Assembly: GCA_001642005.1 (NCBI GenBank)
Contig: LWCA01000116.1
Location: 1 to 54,366 of the forward strand
Direction of reading: 5' to 3'
Source of the DNA: Intoshia linei
Lineage: Eukaryota > Animalia > Orthonectida
Length of the DNA: 54,366 nucleotides
The position numbers were made by a program, and so were the translations under genes. The notes beneath the pieces are model-generated. The model worked only from the letters and a program-made list of their open reading frames with translations, was not told the DNA's origin and made no database searches. Of this stretch, positions 1 to 11,714 are shown in pieces. Positions within the stretch are counted from its first letter, which is position 1; each line of letters opens with the position of its first letter.

Positions 1-210
1 GAGCACAAATATATGTATTGTTGCTAGACGTAATAAATTGCCTTCAAATTAAATAAAAGTATTGTCTAATTACTTTCTATTGACTGCTATTGTATTTATT
101 TGATGATAGAATTTACAATTTGATGTTAACGCATTTTATTTGATAGCTAATAAATCGACTGCCTAATAAAAATTAACGGATAAACGAAGTTAATTTACTG
201 TTAGTTTAAA

Positions 211-392
211 TAGTGCGACCAGAAGTACGACTTTTGGCACTGTTCCAAAGTCATACTTTTCAAAACTAAATACTTATAAATTAAAATTTAATTTAAATGT
301 TCATTTTTCTATTAAAAAATTAATCAAAAATATATTTTGTTTCTAAGCAATAAAAGTACTACTTTTAGTACGACAAAAATATGGTCAGCCTA
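211..392. mobile_element. MITE with imperfect TIRs and 7-bp TSD (GTTTAAA)
   Basis: Ends TAGTGCGACCAG.../...ATGGTCAGCCTA; GTTTAAA at 204-210 and 393-399. Confidence 0.6.
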
Positions 393-400
393 GTTTAAAT

Positions 401-559
401 TAAAGTGGCCAGAAAAAATACGTACTATCAATTTTAGTTTATTTGGTGATAAATGTAAAGCCAAAACTACTTATCTATGATGATAAATAACAATTTTCGG
501 CTTGAAATTTATTCCAAATAAACTAAAATTGATAGTACGTATTTTTTCTGGCCACTTTA
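401..559. mobile_element. MITE with ~46-bp perfect TIRs (TAAAGTGGCCAG...) and 7-bp TSD TTTAAAT
   Basis: taaagtggccagaaaaaatacgtactatcaattttagtttatttgg at 401 is the reverse complement of the sequence ending at 559; TTTAAAT at 394-400 and 560-566. Confidence 0.85.
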
Positions 560-1064
560 TTTAAATGTATCCAATTCAATCTACATTTTTTTTGAAATTG
601 TAGGACGATTATTAATTTTAAATTTTACTCCAACATTTGAAAAATATTGGTTGATAATATGTTAAAAATTATTTTTCACCGGCAATGCGTAGATTCGTGT
701 GGTTGAAATTTTGAATTTATATAAAATAAAATAACTTTTATCAGAATAATCTCTTTTTTTAATTGTACGACCATTAATTATTTCAAATTTTTTGTTTTAC
801 ATAAAATTAATATTAAAATAAAATAATTTCGAAATAAAAAAAATGAATATTAAATCAGATTGAACAATCTTCGATGTGAAAACATAGTTACAATAACCTA
901 CTTAACTAACGTAAGTCTTAGTGCGTCAATTATTATTTAATCATCGTCATAACAATATAAACCATATAAATTATTCAGAAAAAGTGAACTAATCTTTAAA
1001 TTAATTTACAGTAATTTAAACATAAACAGCAACTCAACTTTCTATATTCTATATCTTTCTTTTA

Positions 1065-3992
1065 ATGGACAACCTTGCTCCACCAGATTTTACTGAATTA
1101 TGGTAAATTATTTAAATGTTGGTATATAATATTCTATATATATAACTAAACATGAATAGTATAAATGTTGATAATGAAGAAGAATTTACGCTTAGTCCTG
1201 TAGTGGAAAGATTGAAATGCAAAGCAAATAATAGAAACCGGCAAAAAAGTAATTTAAAACAAAAAATGATATATATAATATATTTTCCAATTTAGAAAAT
1301 CAAATAAGTACTAAAATTGCTTGTTAATATAACTTGTAAATTATTAGAAAATAGACTCGGTGTCAAGAAAATCATAATGCACCATAAAAAAAAAGATCCC
1401 ATACTTAAATTGAAGAATATCAAAACTAACGTATTGCTACCTAAATGTGGGCGATTTTTATGCAATTACACGGTTTATAATTTTTTAAACTTTTAATTTT
1501 AATCTAGCCTGCGACAAATCTTGGTAAAGGAATAACTGTTTTTGTTATGCAGAAATATGATGGTATCTAAATAATTTTAAATTTAATTTTATTCTAGGTG
1601 CCAATCGTTCAGTAAGTTTTCTACCATATCGGTTAAATTTAATATTTAATGAAAAATTTATCGATTTACAACAATTTATATGTTTAATTTAATTTTTTAA
1701 TTTAGCTTTCTCCATTAATCAATGTTCGATCCAAACGAGAAAATGTACATTATTATCAATTTTTGTTTTTTAATTTTAATTTTAGGATTATGATTTAACT
1801 AGAATGAATAATCGCGTATTTTTAATTTAATTTTATTTATAATTTAAATGTTTTTTAGAGTTATCAAAATGCAACACCTCCAAATGTGTATAATAAGGCA
1901 TGTGTTTTTATTTTCACTTCTTCAGTTGTATTTTTTAGTCTCCAGTTAATTTTAATGGATTTGGACGAAATGGGGATTTTCAGAAACGGGTATTGTATTT
2001 ATTATTTAATAGTGCTAAGTTAACACGAATTAAACATTTTTTAGCCACAAATAGGTGTTCAATCTTATCAATCCGGTCACACTCAAATGCACGCACAGCG
2101 ACCGGTACTTTTTATATTTGACTAGGTTGACTGTTATGTACTATGTACAAACAGCACCTAGCTCTGCCGAGGGCACATTTTTATAATACCAAAAAAAATG
2201 ATTTCACGTTGAAAATCTAACTTAAAAATCCTACTATTCACTAGTATTAACCTTTTAAAGGAGTGGTTCCCAAATATCACATTACTTTTTACTTTAAAGT
2301 GAATTATTCCATCTTATTTTTTTTGTTAAAATTTTAAAAAAAAAGGACAATTGGCCTTTTCGACCCGTAAGATGTGAGTTTGGGAGGTTGAAATTTATTT
2401 TGCTAACACTGTTAAAAACTGTAATTCAAATGTGGACTTTATAAAATTCTAAGACGAGTAGTTATTGAAATAAACGGTAACATACAAAAAAATATTGCAT
2501 AGCATATTAAATTTTTTTAAATTCAATGAATATCTAGATCAAGGGTTTTAATGGAATCGCTTCTAATGGTAATTTTTTTTATTTTTTTGATGATTATTAA
2601 TTTATATTTAGGCAATACACTCAGTCCTATACAATATGGTATGTTATTTTTCTTTTTTGTCCACTTTATTGTTTTGTTTTTATGAAAATTTTTGAAAATA
2701 AGAAATTCGTAGCAATGATAAAAAAACAAAAGGAATCAATTTATTAGATTGAAACTTATATTTCTATATTTCAAACATGTATAGAGTCAATTACTATTTT
2801 TTTTTAAATGGTAGGATGAATATTTTAATTCTAAAATTTGAAAAATATGGGTTGATAATATGTTATTTATTTTAAGTTATTTTTCACCGGAAACGCGTAG
2901 ATTTTAAGAAACAAGCTGGACGGGTCATATGCAAGGGTCTCTGAAAACACCTTTAAAACGTAGATATGATACTCCACTATTCATCTTTAATGTAGTTGAC
3001 GTTTTGGTAGATTTTGGCTATCGCTGTGTGCTTATAATACAAGAAACAAGCTGGACTGGTCATATGCAAGTGTCTCTGAAAACACCTTTAAAACGTAGAT
3101 CTGATACTCCACTATTCATCTTTAGAGGCTAAATCTTTAAGAGGTTAAAATTTTGTATTTAGATCAACTGGAATGAGCTCCACCAGACTTCCTTTTTGAT
3201 TTTTTTTTGATTCTAAGACTTATTTTATTTTTTAAAAGTTTTCATATATATTCAGTTACATATTCGAACCGTTATATGTTCAATATTTTAAAGTTTTTAC
3301 TATAATTTTAATTAGATCGAAACACGTTGGAAAAATATTCTGGTCAATATTACCATGTAATGCAATATAAGTGCTGTGTAGAGTATCTAAATTAAAAAAC
3401 TCCCAATAAATTTTTCATTATTTCTGGGCGGTTTCATTTCGACACGGCACTGTACAATATTTTAAATTTGTTACGATAATTATAATTTTTAATTCTAGTC
3501 TGAAGGAACAAGGTCTTGGCCTTGTAAAATTCTAAACTATCATATGCCTAATGAGACGTTAATCGGAATTGCTGCCAGTTGTGGTAATTTATTGGTAATT
3601 TTAGATTTCATTGTTAATGCATTTACTTATTGTACAAGTATAGTCAGGGTACAAATACTGGTAACATCAATATATTTGCACTCATTTCATTAACCACAAA
3701 ACACCACTATTATCAAACGTTACTATTTAACTTTTATCAACTCTTTAAATCAGAGCTATCAGTTTAATTTCAATGCAATAACGTTTCATCATATTTTTGA
3801 AATATAATAAATGACTAATATTCTAAATATGTTGTCCAAACTTTTTTCAAGCCCCTGTTATGTTAAAAAATTAGTTTTTAAACTTAAATGTATTTATTGG
3901 TTTAGGGTCAAGACTTTTCGGCAGGAAACTTTACAGCCTACTTTAAAGAACACAGATCAATGTTAAAATTTGGAATAGAAATGGAAAAGTAA
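1065..3992 (+). CDS. Micro-exon-rich gene of unknown product (low-complexity N/Q/R middle, possible degenerate RRM-like C-terminus)
   Basis: Hand-spliced open frame over exons 1065-1102, 1160-1248, 1296-1307, 1348-1472, 1508-1562, 1598-1611, 1706-1744, 1786-1815, 1859-1897 (GC donor), 1939-1989, 2045-2104, possibly ~3256-3277 and 3316-3356, then 3499-3594 and 3906-3992. MDNLAPPDFTELC...SEGTRSWPCKILNYHMPNETLIGIAASCGNLLGQDFSAGNFTAYFKEHRSMLKF. 3' end uncertain. Confidence 0.6.
2122..2510 (-). mobile_element. Internally deleted copy of the dominant non-autonomous Helitron-like repeat (intronic)
   Basis: Same terminal block (gtgccctcggcagagctaggtgctgtttgtac...cagtcaacCTAG|T) as the copies ending at 48737 and 52295. 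Confidence 0.75.
2906..3124 (+). repeat. Direct duplication of an ~83-bp unit (2906-2988 and 3041-3124) inside Helitron fragments
   Basis: aagaaacaagctggac.ggtcatatgcaag.gtctctgaaaacacctttaaaacgtagat.tgatactccactattcatcttta occurs twice with about 3 mismatches. Confidence 0.9.
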
Positions 3993-4789
3993 TTTTTTAT
4001 GCGATTGTATGCTGCAAATGTTATAATTTTATTATGTTTGTACTTTTACGTCTAGAATGTAGAATCTAGAGATTTTGAATTAAGTCGCATACTCTAATTA
4101 TGATTGTTTTTTAATAAGTCGGATTATATTGAGATCATTCATTATATTTAATTTAACAGTGCTAAAATGTCATAAATAGACCAATCATCTGATTATTATT
4201 ATCGTTAGAGTGATTTTAGGTATATAAGTCTCAATTTTCATAATTTCATTTAAGGGGAATTTTTTGAAAATTTTCCTTCAAGCGTTTGGTTAAAAAAAAT
4301 CTTATAAAACGCTTCCCTTAAATGTTTAGTAAAAAAAATAATTTGAATACTTTTCAAGGGTTGGTAAAAAATATAATCTGAAAATTCCCGATGGATAGTT
4401 TGGTAAAAAATGCTCTTAATATATAATTTTTATGTAATGGAAATTGAGACTTATTTACCGTTTCAACGTACACTGCGTTTCATAAATAACGCAAATCTGA
4501 TTTTCACGTTTTTAAAATTAGTCAAATATTACCTTGTATACAAATAATCATGAAAACATTCAAATAATTTTACAAGATATTAACAGATGTAAATAATACT
4601 CAGTTATTTTTAACCTATTGTTCCACTAAGTCCCTCAGTAAATCGCTCATATATTAACATTTAATATTTTTAAATACAAAAACCTTTTCCCAAAAATAAC
4701 GCAACTTTTCTTGTATACTAAATAATTTATTACTATCCATTTCCTTTACTTATATAAAAATGAATGTCTATGTGTAACCATTTATTGAA

Positions 4790-5214
4790 AAAATTTTAAT
4801 CTGAATAAGTGACGCCTTCACTGTCAAAATAAGTACTATATATTATCACATTGAAAATGACAAAATAGGTTTCTACAATTTTTAGGATTGGACTGTTTTT
4901 ACTTTATTTTTAATATTATATACACATTCTGTCGAATAAATTAAAATGTGATGACATTTTTTTTAAATTCTTTACACCAATGTTAACAAAATAAATTTAA
5001 CCTGGAGTAATTATCTTTAAATTAAAAGGTAATGTGATATTACGGGTCCATGTGTAACAAGTTTCGAACCACTTCTTTAAATGATTGATAGTATCGAATA
5101 GTAGCACATTTAGATAAAATTTTCTTATTGAATTTATTTTTTTGGCAGAATAAAATGTCCGCCCTCGGTAGAGCTAGGATGCTGTTTGTACCAAGTACAT
5201 AACAGTCAAACTAG
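4790..5214 (+). mobile_element. Partial Helitron-like repeat copy
   Basis: Ends gccctcggtagagctaggatgctgtttgtaccaagtacataacagtcaaaCTAG|T. Confidence 0.75.
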
Positions 5215-5647
5215 TAAACAATATATTTATTTAATATTCATTTAAAAATGAATCATTTGACTAAATCAATTTAAAAGTTATATTATTCATTTTTTAATTT
5301 CTTCAAGAGGTCAGTGGTTACATCAGTGTATTCCAACTATTTTTGGTTGGCGACACATATTTAAATCTCAAAAAATTTCGCGACACACCAATCAAAAAAA
5401 TAAACTATTGATTAATAAATATAGTTGAATCAATTTTTTTCTAATAATAATCTGAAAATAAGCTATGTAACAATAACAATAATAATACTACCTAACAATA
5501 AATAAAAGTACACATAAGAGATATCACCCAAAAATGTATATAAGAATAAAAAATACCCGAATTAAGATTTTGACTGTAATTTAATCCATTGATTTAGATA
5601 TGTCAATAGTGAAGACATTATACGAAATCGGTAAATAATAATGAGTA

Positions 5648-6916
5648 CTAATTTTTATTTATACAAATGTAAACTATTAAAATTAAAAATGTAATTATTA
5701 TAATATGGACATTAAAATGATATAAAATCAAACTGTTGATTGTTGCTACAAATAAAAATTTGTACGTGTTGGATATCGTTGATTTGACTTTGATTAGTTT
5801 TTTCGTTAAAAGGCCTGTTTTGATTTTTGGAATTTTTTCGGAATAAGTCAAAAAATTTGGCTAAATAAATAATACATTGATATTTAAACGTTTACTAATT
5901 ACCCATCCGCCAGTGTCTTTAATCCATCGTCCAATTTTATGGTGTATATAAAATCCTATAAAATCACCTACATACTTTGATAGTTCTGGGTTGTCATACT
6001 TTTGTGTCATCCATCCTCCAAAAGCGTATATACTGCAAACTCGAGACCAATTTGGAGTACCATCTTGGAAAACCATGTCTATCGTGTTTGCTAAAAATTC
6101 AAACCCATGAGAAGCAGATTCAATCTCAGTGTCAGAAAGAATTTGTACAAAATAGGGTTCGTATAATTGGCAAAACATGTTTACAGATAATTTCATACTT
6201 TTTTCATAAACTCTGGTTTGTTCGTTATCGTCTGCTTCCAAATCCTTCGCGTCGATGGTTCCGTCCATTGTAGCTACCCGGCTCACAATCTTTTGACCAA
6301 TGCGACGGGAAATTGACTCTATGTTTGAAATTTCTCTATCCATTCCCATGATTTCTGCATTTCCGGAACCGACACTTTGTGCACACACACTGCATTCTAT
6401 ACAATATTGACGAACTGATTCATTTTTAATGCCCAATTTTTCAATGCTTTCATTAATTGCACTCATTTGCATTTTTAAATACATTGACTGGCTTTCTGTG
6501 CTACTTAATCTTGCCGTTAATTTATTAATTTCGTTCATTTGATTTTCTAGTTGTCTTTCAATGTGATTTATTTTGTATTGGTAGCATGACGTTTTGTCGA
6601 TATTGTCCATTCCCCATTCTTGTTTAACGCTGACCATGTCAGTTTCAGTCAAAATCTCTGCAACGTAATTGTACTCGGCTTCATATAACGCTTTGATGAA
6701 TTTATCGTACGCTTTTTTGCCTTTTTTCATCAAAATGTCTAAAAAAATTCGGTTCGTTTCTGCATTTTCCATTCTGTTTTTTGCAGAATTTAGTCGATCA
6801 AGTTCGTAAAAATTTAAAACGTTTTCTTGGTACAGTATGTCTTTTATCACAGTTATTTCCAAACACTCGATCAATAATCTGTAATTTGCTTTTATGCGGA
6901 GAAAGGGATTTTCCAT
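5648..6916 (-). CDS. CARD + coiled-coil + Bcl-2-family domain + C-terminal transmembrane anchor (408 aa, 2 exons)
   Basis: Exon 1 6916-5903: N-terminal CARD-like motif FLDILMKKGKKAYDKFIKALYEAEYNYVAEIL; BH1 VFQDGTPNWSRVCSIYAFGG; BH2 WIKDTGGW. A 42-nt phase-0 GT-AG intron (5902-5861) joins in frame to exon 2 5860-5648 (PNFLTY...VHIIIITFLILIVYICINKN*). Confidence 0.88.
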
Positions 6917-7014
6917 TTCATTAAATTTAAAAACTTTATTAACAAAATGTATTGTGTCTATGAATAACCAAATAGTGTATCACAATTTATTTATATATAC
7001 AAAATCTTTAAAAT

Positions 7015-10000
7015 TTATAATTTCCGCAGTTCAAGTATAGTGACCTAAAATTAAGTCTGTATATGGATTTTCAGATATTTACCGATCCGTCGGATGCTGA
7101 TGCGCCAACTTTGTCACCAGTAGAGTTCCAAGATACTTCGAAGAATCCACCAGTTCCTTGGTGAGATGTTATCAAATTTCCATTCTAAATTTATATTGTA
7201 TTGCATTTAGTTTAATTTTGAGTGTATTTATACCTGTACGTCCCAGATGTGGACTTTTTTGTCGAATGAACCACTGGCAAGTTTGGTACCGTCAGGACTA
7301 AATGCGACAGAATAGACAGGTTCGCTGTGTAAAGCTAAACAGTGAACAGACACTCCTTTGTTTACGTCCCAAATTCTGATGGTGGAATCGAATGAAGCAC
7401 TATAAAATTTAATATTTTCTTAAAATACATTTACTACAATTTAAATTACACCCTTCATAGACGGTGTCTTGTAATTGTTAAGTTAAGACACTATCACTGT
7501 ATTCTGTAGCTCAACCCAAAATGTGATTTCGTAGATTGAAATTTCTTTCGCGAAATTATTTACTCAGAAGAGTTTCAAAATGACTTGCGGCCAATGTATA
7601 GTCAAATTTCAACACTACTACTACATCTACTCATGTACGACCATGATTGGTCTATTTTTGATAATTGGTAGTAGAGTGAAACCTCAAATATTATTCGATA
7701 TTCGAACTTTTTAGTATTAATCAAGTTAAATTGTATTTTATATTAATACATTCTAAACTTAAATGACGAGTACGATGAACAGTGGTTTTTAAACATTATT
7801 ATGTAATGTAATTTAAAAAAAGCTGTTTAACCACCGAATTACTATCCGCGGTTTATTAAATAATAGTGATATTTTGAAATCTTAATCTTACGATTCATCA
7901 AATTAAATGTCCAGATTGTTAGAAAGTTAAAAAAATCCAATTTGTAATACTGTTTTTCGAGAATGAGGTTTTTCATAAAGTCCTTCAGGGTCAAAAAAAT
8001 AAAATGAGTCATATAGTTTTAAACAAAATAAAAAAATTTCAATTAACATGATTGTAATTTTTAACCTCTGGCATTTACATGGTAAAACCACAAATTTCCC
8101 TTTTTTTAATTAAAATATTTAAAATCTTTTGAACAAATGGTTCGTTACTAAAAATATCATATTATTGGAAGACGAATTAACGGTTCTCATTTTTTTAAAT
8201 TTTTAAGTTATAGGTTGCCTTATAGGTTGAAAAGCATTTTTTAATATTTAATTAGGTCCATAATTAATAAAAATTTGGAATCGTTTACTCAATGTTCCAT
8301 ACCGGTATATTTAAAAAAAATTGGACGCAGAGAAAAAAGCATTTATATCAATTTAATAACCCCAGAGCAGTGATAGTTTCTGATTCTAGTTTTTATTAAC
8401 ATTTAAATATCTAAATCATCTCAGTTTTATCAGATTTGTATCTGTTTTTATATCGAAGTATCTTTGAAATGTGGATAAATGGTTTATAAGGGTAATAAAT
8501 AAATCCTGTATGAAAAAAAACGTCTATCACGCGTTGTCATGTGTTACCATTTCTAAATATTCACTTCCATCAGCTAGACTTAAAAGGCATTAAAACCGGT
8601 GAAACTCTGATAATGTTTCGGAAACGTAATATAAGTTAATTTATTATAATTATTCAAAGTGAAAAAATGTACATATCGTAAATTGCAAATCGTAATATAA
8701 AGTTTATGGGTTTAAAAGGTTAAATTTATCGAAAATATGTAAAATTTAATTAATTTTATCATCAATAATTAAACAGTAGTCTTAATTAATGGTAAATTCC
8801 TTTTACACCTAGAATAGAGTAAAATCACGAGGGTACAAATCTATTGAGTGAAAGGTAAGCATTTAATTGGAAATCTTGTTGGTCGAACTGTCTTTTTACT
8901 ATTTTTTTTATACCCCATTCTAAAATTTATTTTAAACCACCGTCATATTTTTTCAGTACATCTACTACCATGTTTCTAAATGATGTGAAATTTAATTATG
9001 ATAATTAGTGACACTAAAAATTCCATAAATAAATTTGAATAATTTATTCAATAAACTGCATTTTGGTTGTCCGAGTCAAAGTTATTTACTGTTATTTAAA
9101 TTTTAATTTTTGTTGATTAATTTAATCAGAGACCCTCAGATTTTAGTCCACCCACACATTTGATGACAGATAAATTAAATAAGGTTTTTGTTATCCCGTT
9201 AAATAAGTTTGTACTGTAATAAAAATACCTAGCCAGTCGATGACCAGATGAATCCCATCTAATTGTGTAGACTTCTCTTTCATGAGAAACTAAACAATGA
9301 GTGCATTGGTTCTTCCAAATTCGAACAGTCTTGTCATCAGAACAAGACGCTAACAATTCACCCGAGGGGTTCCATCTTATTGAGTTCACCTCGTTTGAGT
9401 GACCAAGGTGGGTCAATATTGGGGTTTCCTTTCCTAGTTGGCAAACATGGATTTGTTTATCGGTTGAGCAAGATGCAAACGTACAGTTATCTTTCCAATC
9501 AACATCGAGAACGGCGGCTAGAATGTATTTATAAAAATGAAAAGATGAAATGTATATTGTACCAGTATGACAGCTAAATTCCTTCTTGTAAGTGGCAGAG
9601 GCAACGTCCCATATTACTGCAGTCTTAGAAATGTTTGAAAATTCATCTAATAAATAAATACCTTGTCTACACCGGCACTAACAACATAATCTCCAGATTT
9701 ATTCCATTTAAGTGCAAATATAGGTCCGGTATGATGTGTCAATGTTTTTACACATTCGCCTAGAATTTAATTAAAATTAAAAGTATTTCAAAATGTTATT
9801 TAGAAAGTTTATTTTAATATACCATTTAAATCCCATATTCTTGCCAGTCCGTCATATGATCCTGTAGCTAAAAGTGTACCATTTTGCTAATAACACAAAT
9901 TACACATGAAGCCATAAAAACTTACATTCCAATCAAGTGAAGTAACATCTCTACTAGATTCAAGTTGTGCAGTTGCGGAAGGTTGGTGTTTTAAAATTGT

Positions 10001-11714
10001 TTGTGATATAGAGTCGATGTTTGTTGCAATACCGAGATGCATGTCTGAATCAAGATTTAAATCCCATATTCGAGCTGTAGAATCACCGGATCTGAATATG
10101 TATATTGAAAATTATTGATTTTTAAAGCAAGCAAAATGGTTTCATGGAGTCATTACCCTGAAGCCAATAAATCAGATTTTGGATTCCAAGAACAAATGAA
10201 TACTTCTGAATCGTGACAACGCAAAATACTTGCATTATTTCCCCATCTTTCTCCTTTTATGTCATTGTCGGTTTGTTTTTCATCGTCTATAAAAGAAATT
10301 TTAAAAAAGAAGCGTTTGTGTAAAAGAATAAAATCATGCAAAACTTTTTAGATTCAACCGGCCAAAATTGGATGAATAGAGACTGAAAAAATGAACATTT
10401 CAGTTAAATTAAATTAATATATGGTGTATTTAATTTAGTTTAGACCAACGTATCACTCGTCGAAACAGTTTATATGGTTCGAAAGGACGAATCAATCACG
10501 TATACGTATTTGTAATACATTAATTTTTCATCAACTATATATTATCATAGGTAACAGATAATTGAGAAACAGGGTCGCAAAAGTTGTTACTGAGGTTATA
10601 TGAAAATTATTTACGAAATATGCAAAATTTTATTTTTTCGGTTCACAACGAAACAATAAAACATTTATTATAAGTTATTTAGACATTAATCATCTTAAAA
10701 TAAAGGAAATTATATTTTCAGTCGTTCATACCAAAAGGTGAAATCCATGTTTTACGTGAATAAATGAAATAACTGCTAGAAAAACGCAAAATAAAGTAAT
10801 AATTAAAATGTATTTTTTAATGTCTATAAAATATTAATGTTTTTAGATTTGATACTTTTAACGTAAAAGAAAAAAATTACAAAAATCTTGAATTCATGTT
10901 AAAAATACTAAATTTTAATTAAAAATATTATTTGTTATTTTTAACTAATTATGCACTAATGATTAAGGTAATGGTTCTCAATTATGGAAATTTCAATGTA
11001 GAGTCGAACCTAGTATTCTCGACCTCCACCTCTCCCTTAAATATACAAAACTTTGCAAACGATGCGTAATGTAATATTTCAATAATACAAGTCCTTAGAC
11101 ACCTTCCCACGACCTGAACTTGACTGTTATGACGATTAAAAATATTTCTAAATTATGCATTTAAGAAAAAAGAGGGTGGCAAGTAATATATCGGTACGGT
11201 AAGATCAGCTCTGCCCTACTATTGGCAACGAATTGAAACACTTTTTGTTGTTCAGAAAAATTTTGTATAAACATACCTATATCAGGTGTATCATTTTTTT
11301 CGATTTTGACAATTTGACCATTCTTTTTTGAATTGTTTGATGGAGTTGTAAATAAAGCTTCTATGAGAGTTACAGTCGGTGTATCTGTTTCTTCTCCATT
11401 CTATTGATAAATTTTTTTGAGTTGAAATTGATTCAAAATAAATAAAAATCTCACTTCATTTATAGAAAATTCCACTTGAGAATATTTAAGAGCCTTTTTC
11501 ATGAGTGTCAATAGAGCTGCTGGAGGAACATACGATTCAAGGATATTAGACTCGGTAATATGAGATTCCATACTAAAAGTGTAAGCAGTATGCCTGAATC
11601 CTATTAAATTATAAATGAACAAATATTCATGTATAAATTAAATCACACAAACTTACCCGACTCAAACAAATATCGGTAAATTAAATAATTTACTTCGTCA
11701 GCATTTAGGCTCAT
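7015..11714 (-). CDS. TBL1X: Transducin beta-like 1 / ebi (LisH + WD40 NCoR/SMRT corepressor subunit), 12 exons
   Basis: [28 protein letters not shown] (LisH), [79 protein letters not shown]. Exons 11714-11657, 11600-11455, 11400-11277, 10286-10157, 10091-9926, 9886-9823, 9759-9662, 9623-9563, 9517-9229, 7399-7234, 7184-7083, 7044-7015; all GT-AG and in phase. Confidence 0.96.

Noticed and set aside
1524-1552. 29-nt GT-AG intron candidate
   Set aside because: Removing it introduces a stop, while retaining it keeps the frame open.
2906-3132. Repeat-spacer-repeat pattern or repeated peptide as CRISPR or gene
   Set aside because: Only two 83-bp units in a eukaryotic intron, with no cas genes; a simple duplication.
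5977-6273. 98-aa plus-strand ORF
   Set aside because: Antisense shadow of the Bcl-2 exon.
9263-9577. 104-aa plus-strand ORF
   Set aside because: Antisense to TBL1 exons.
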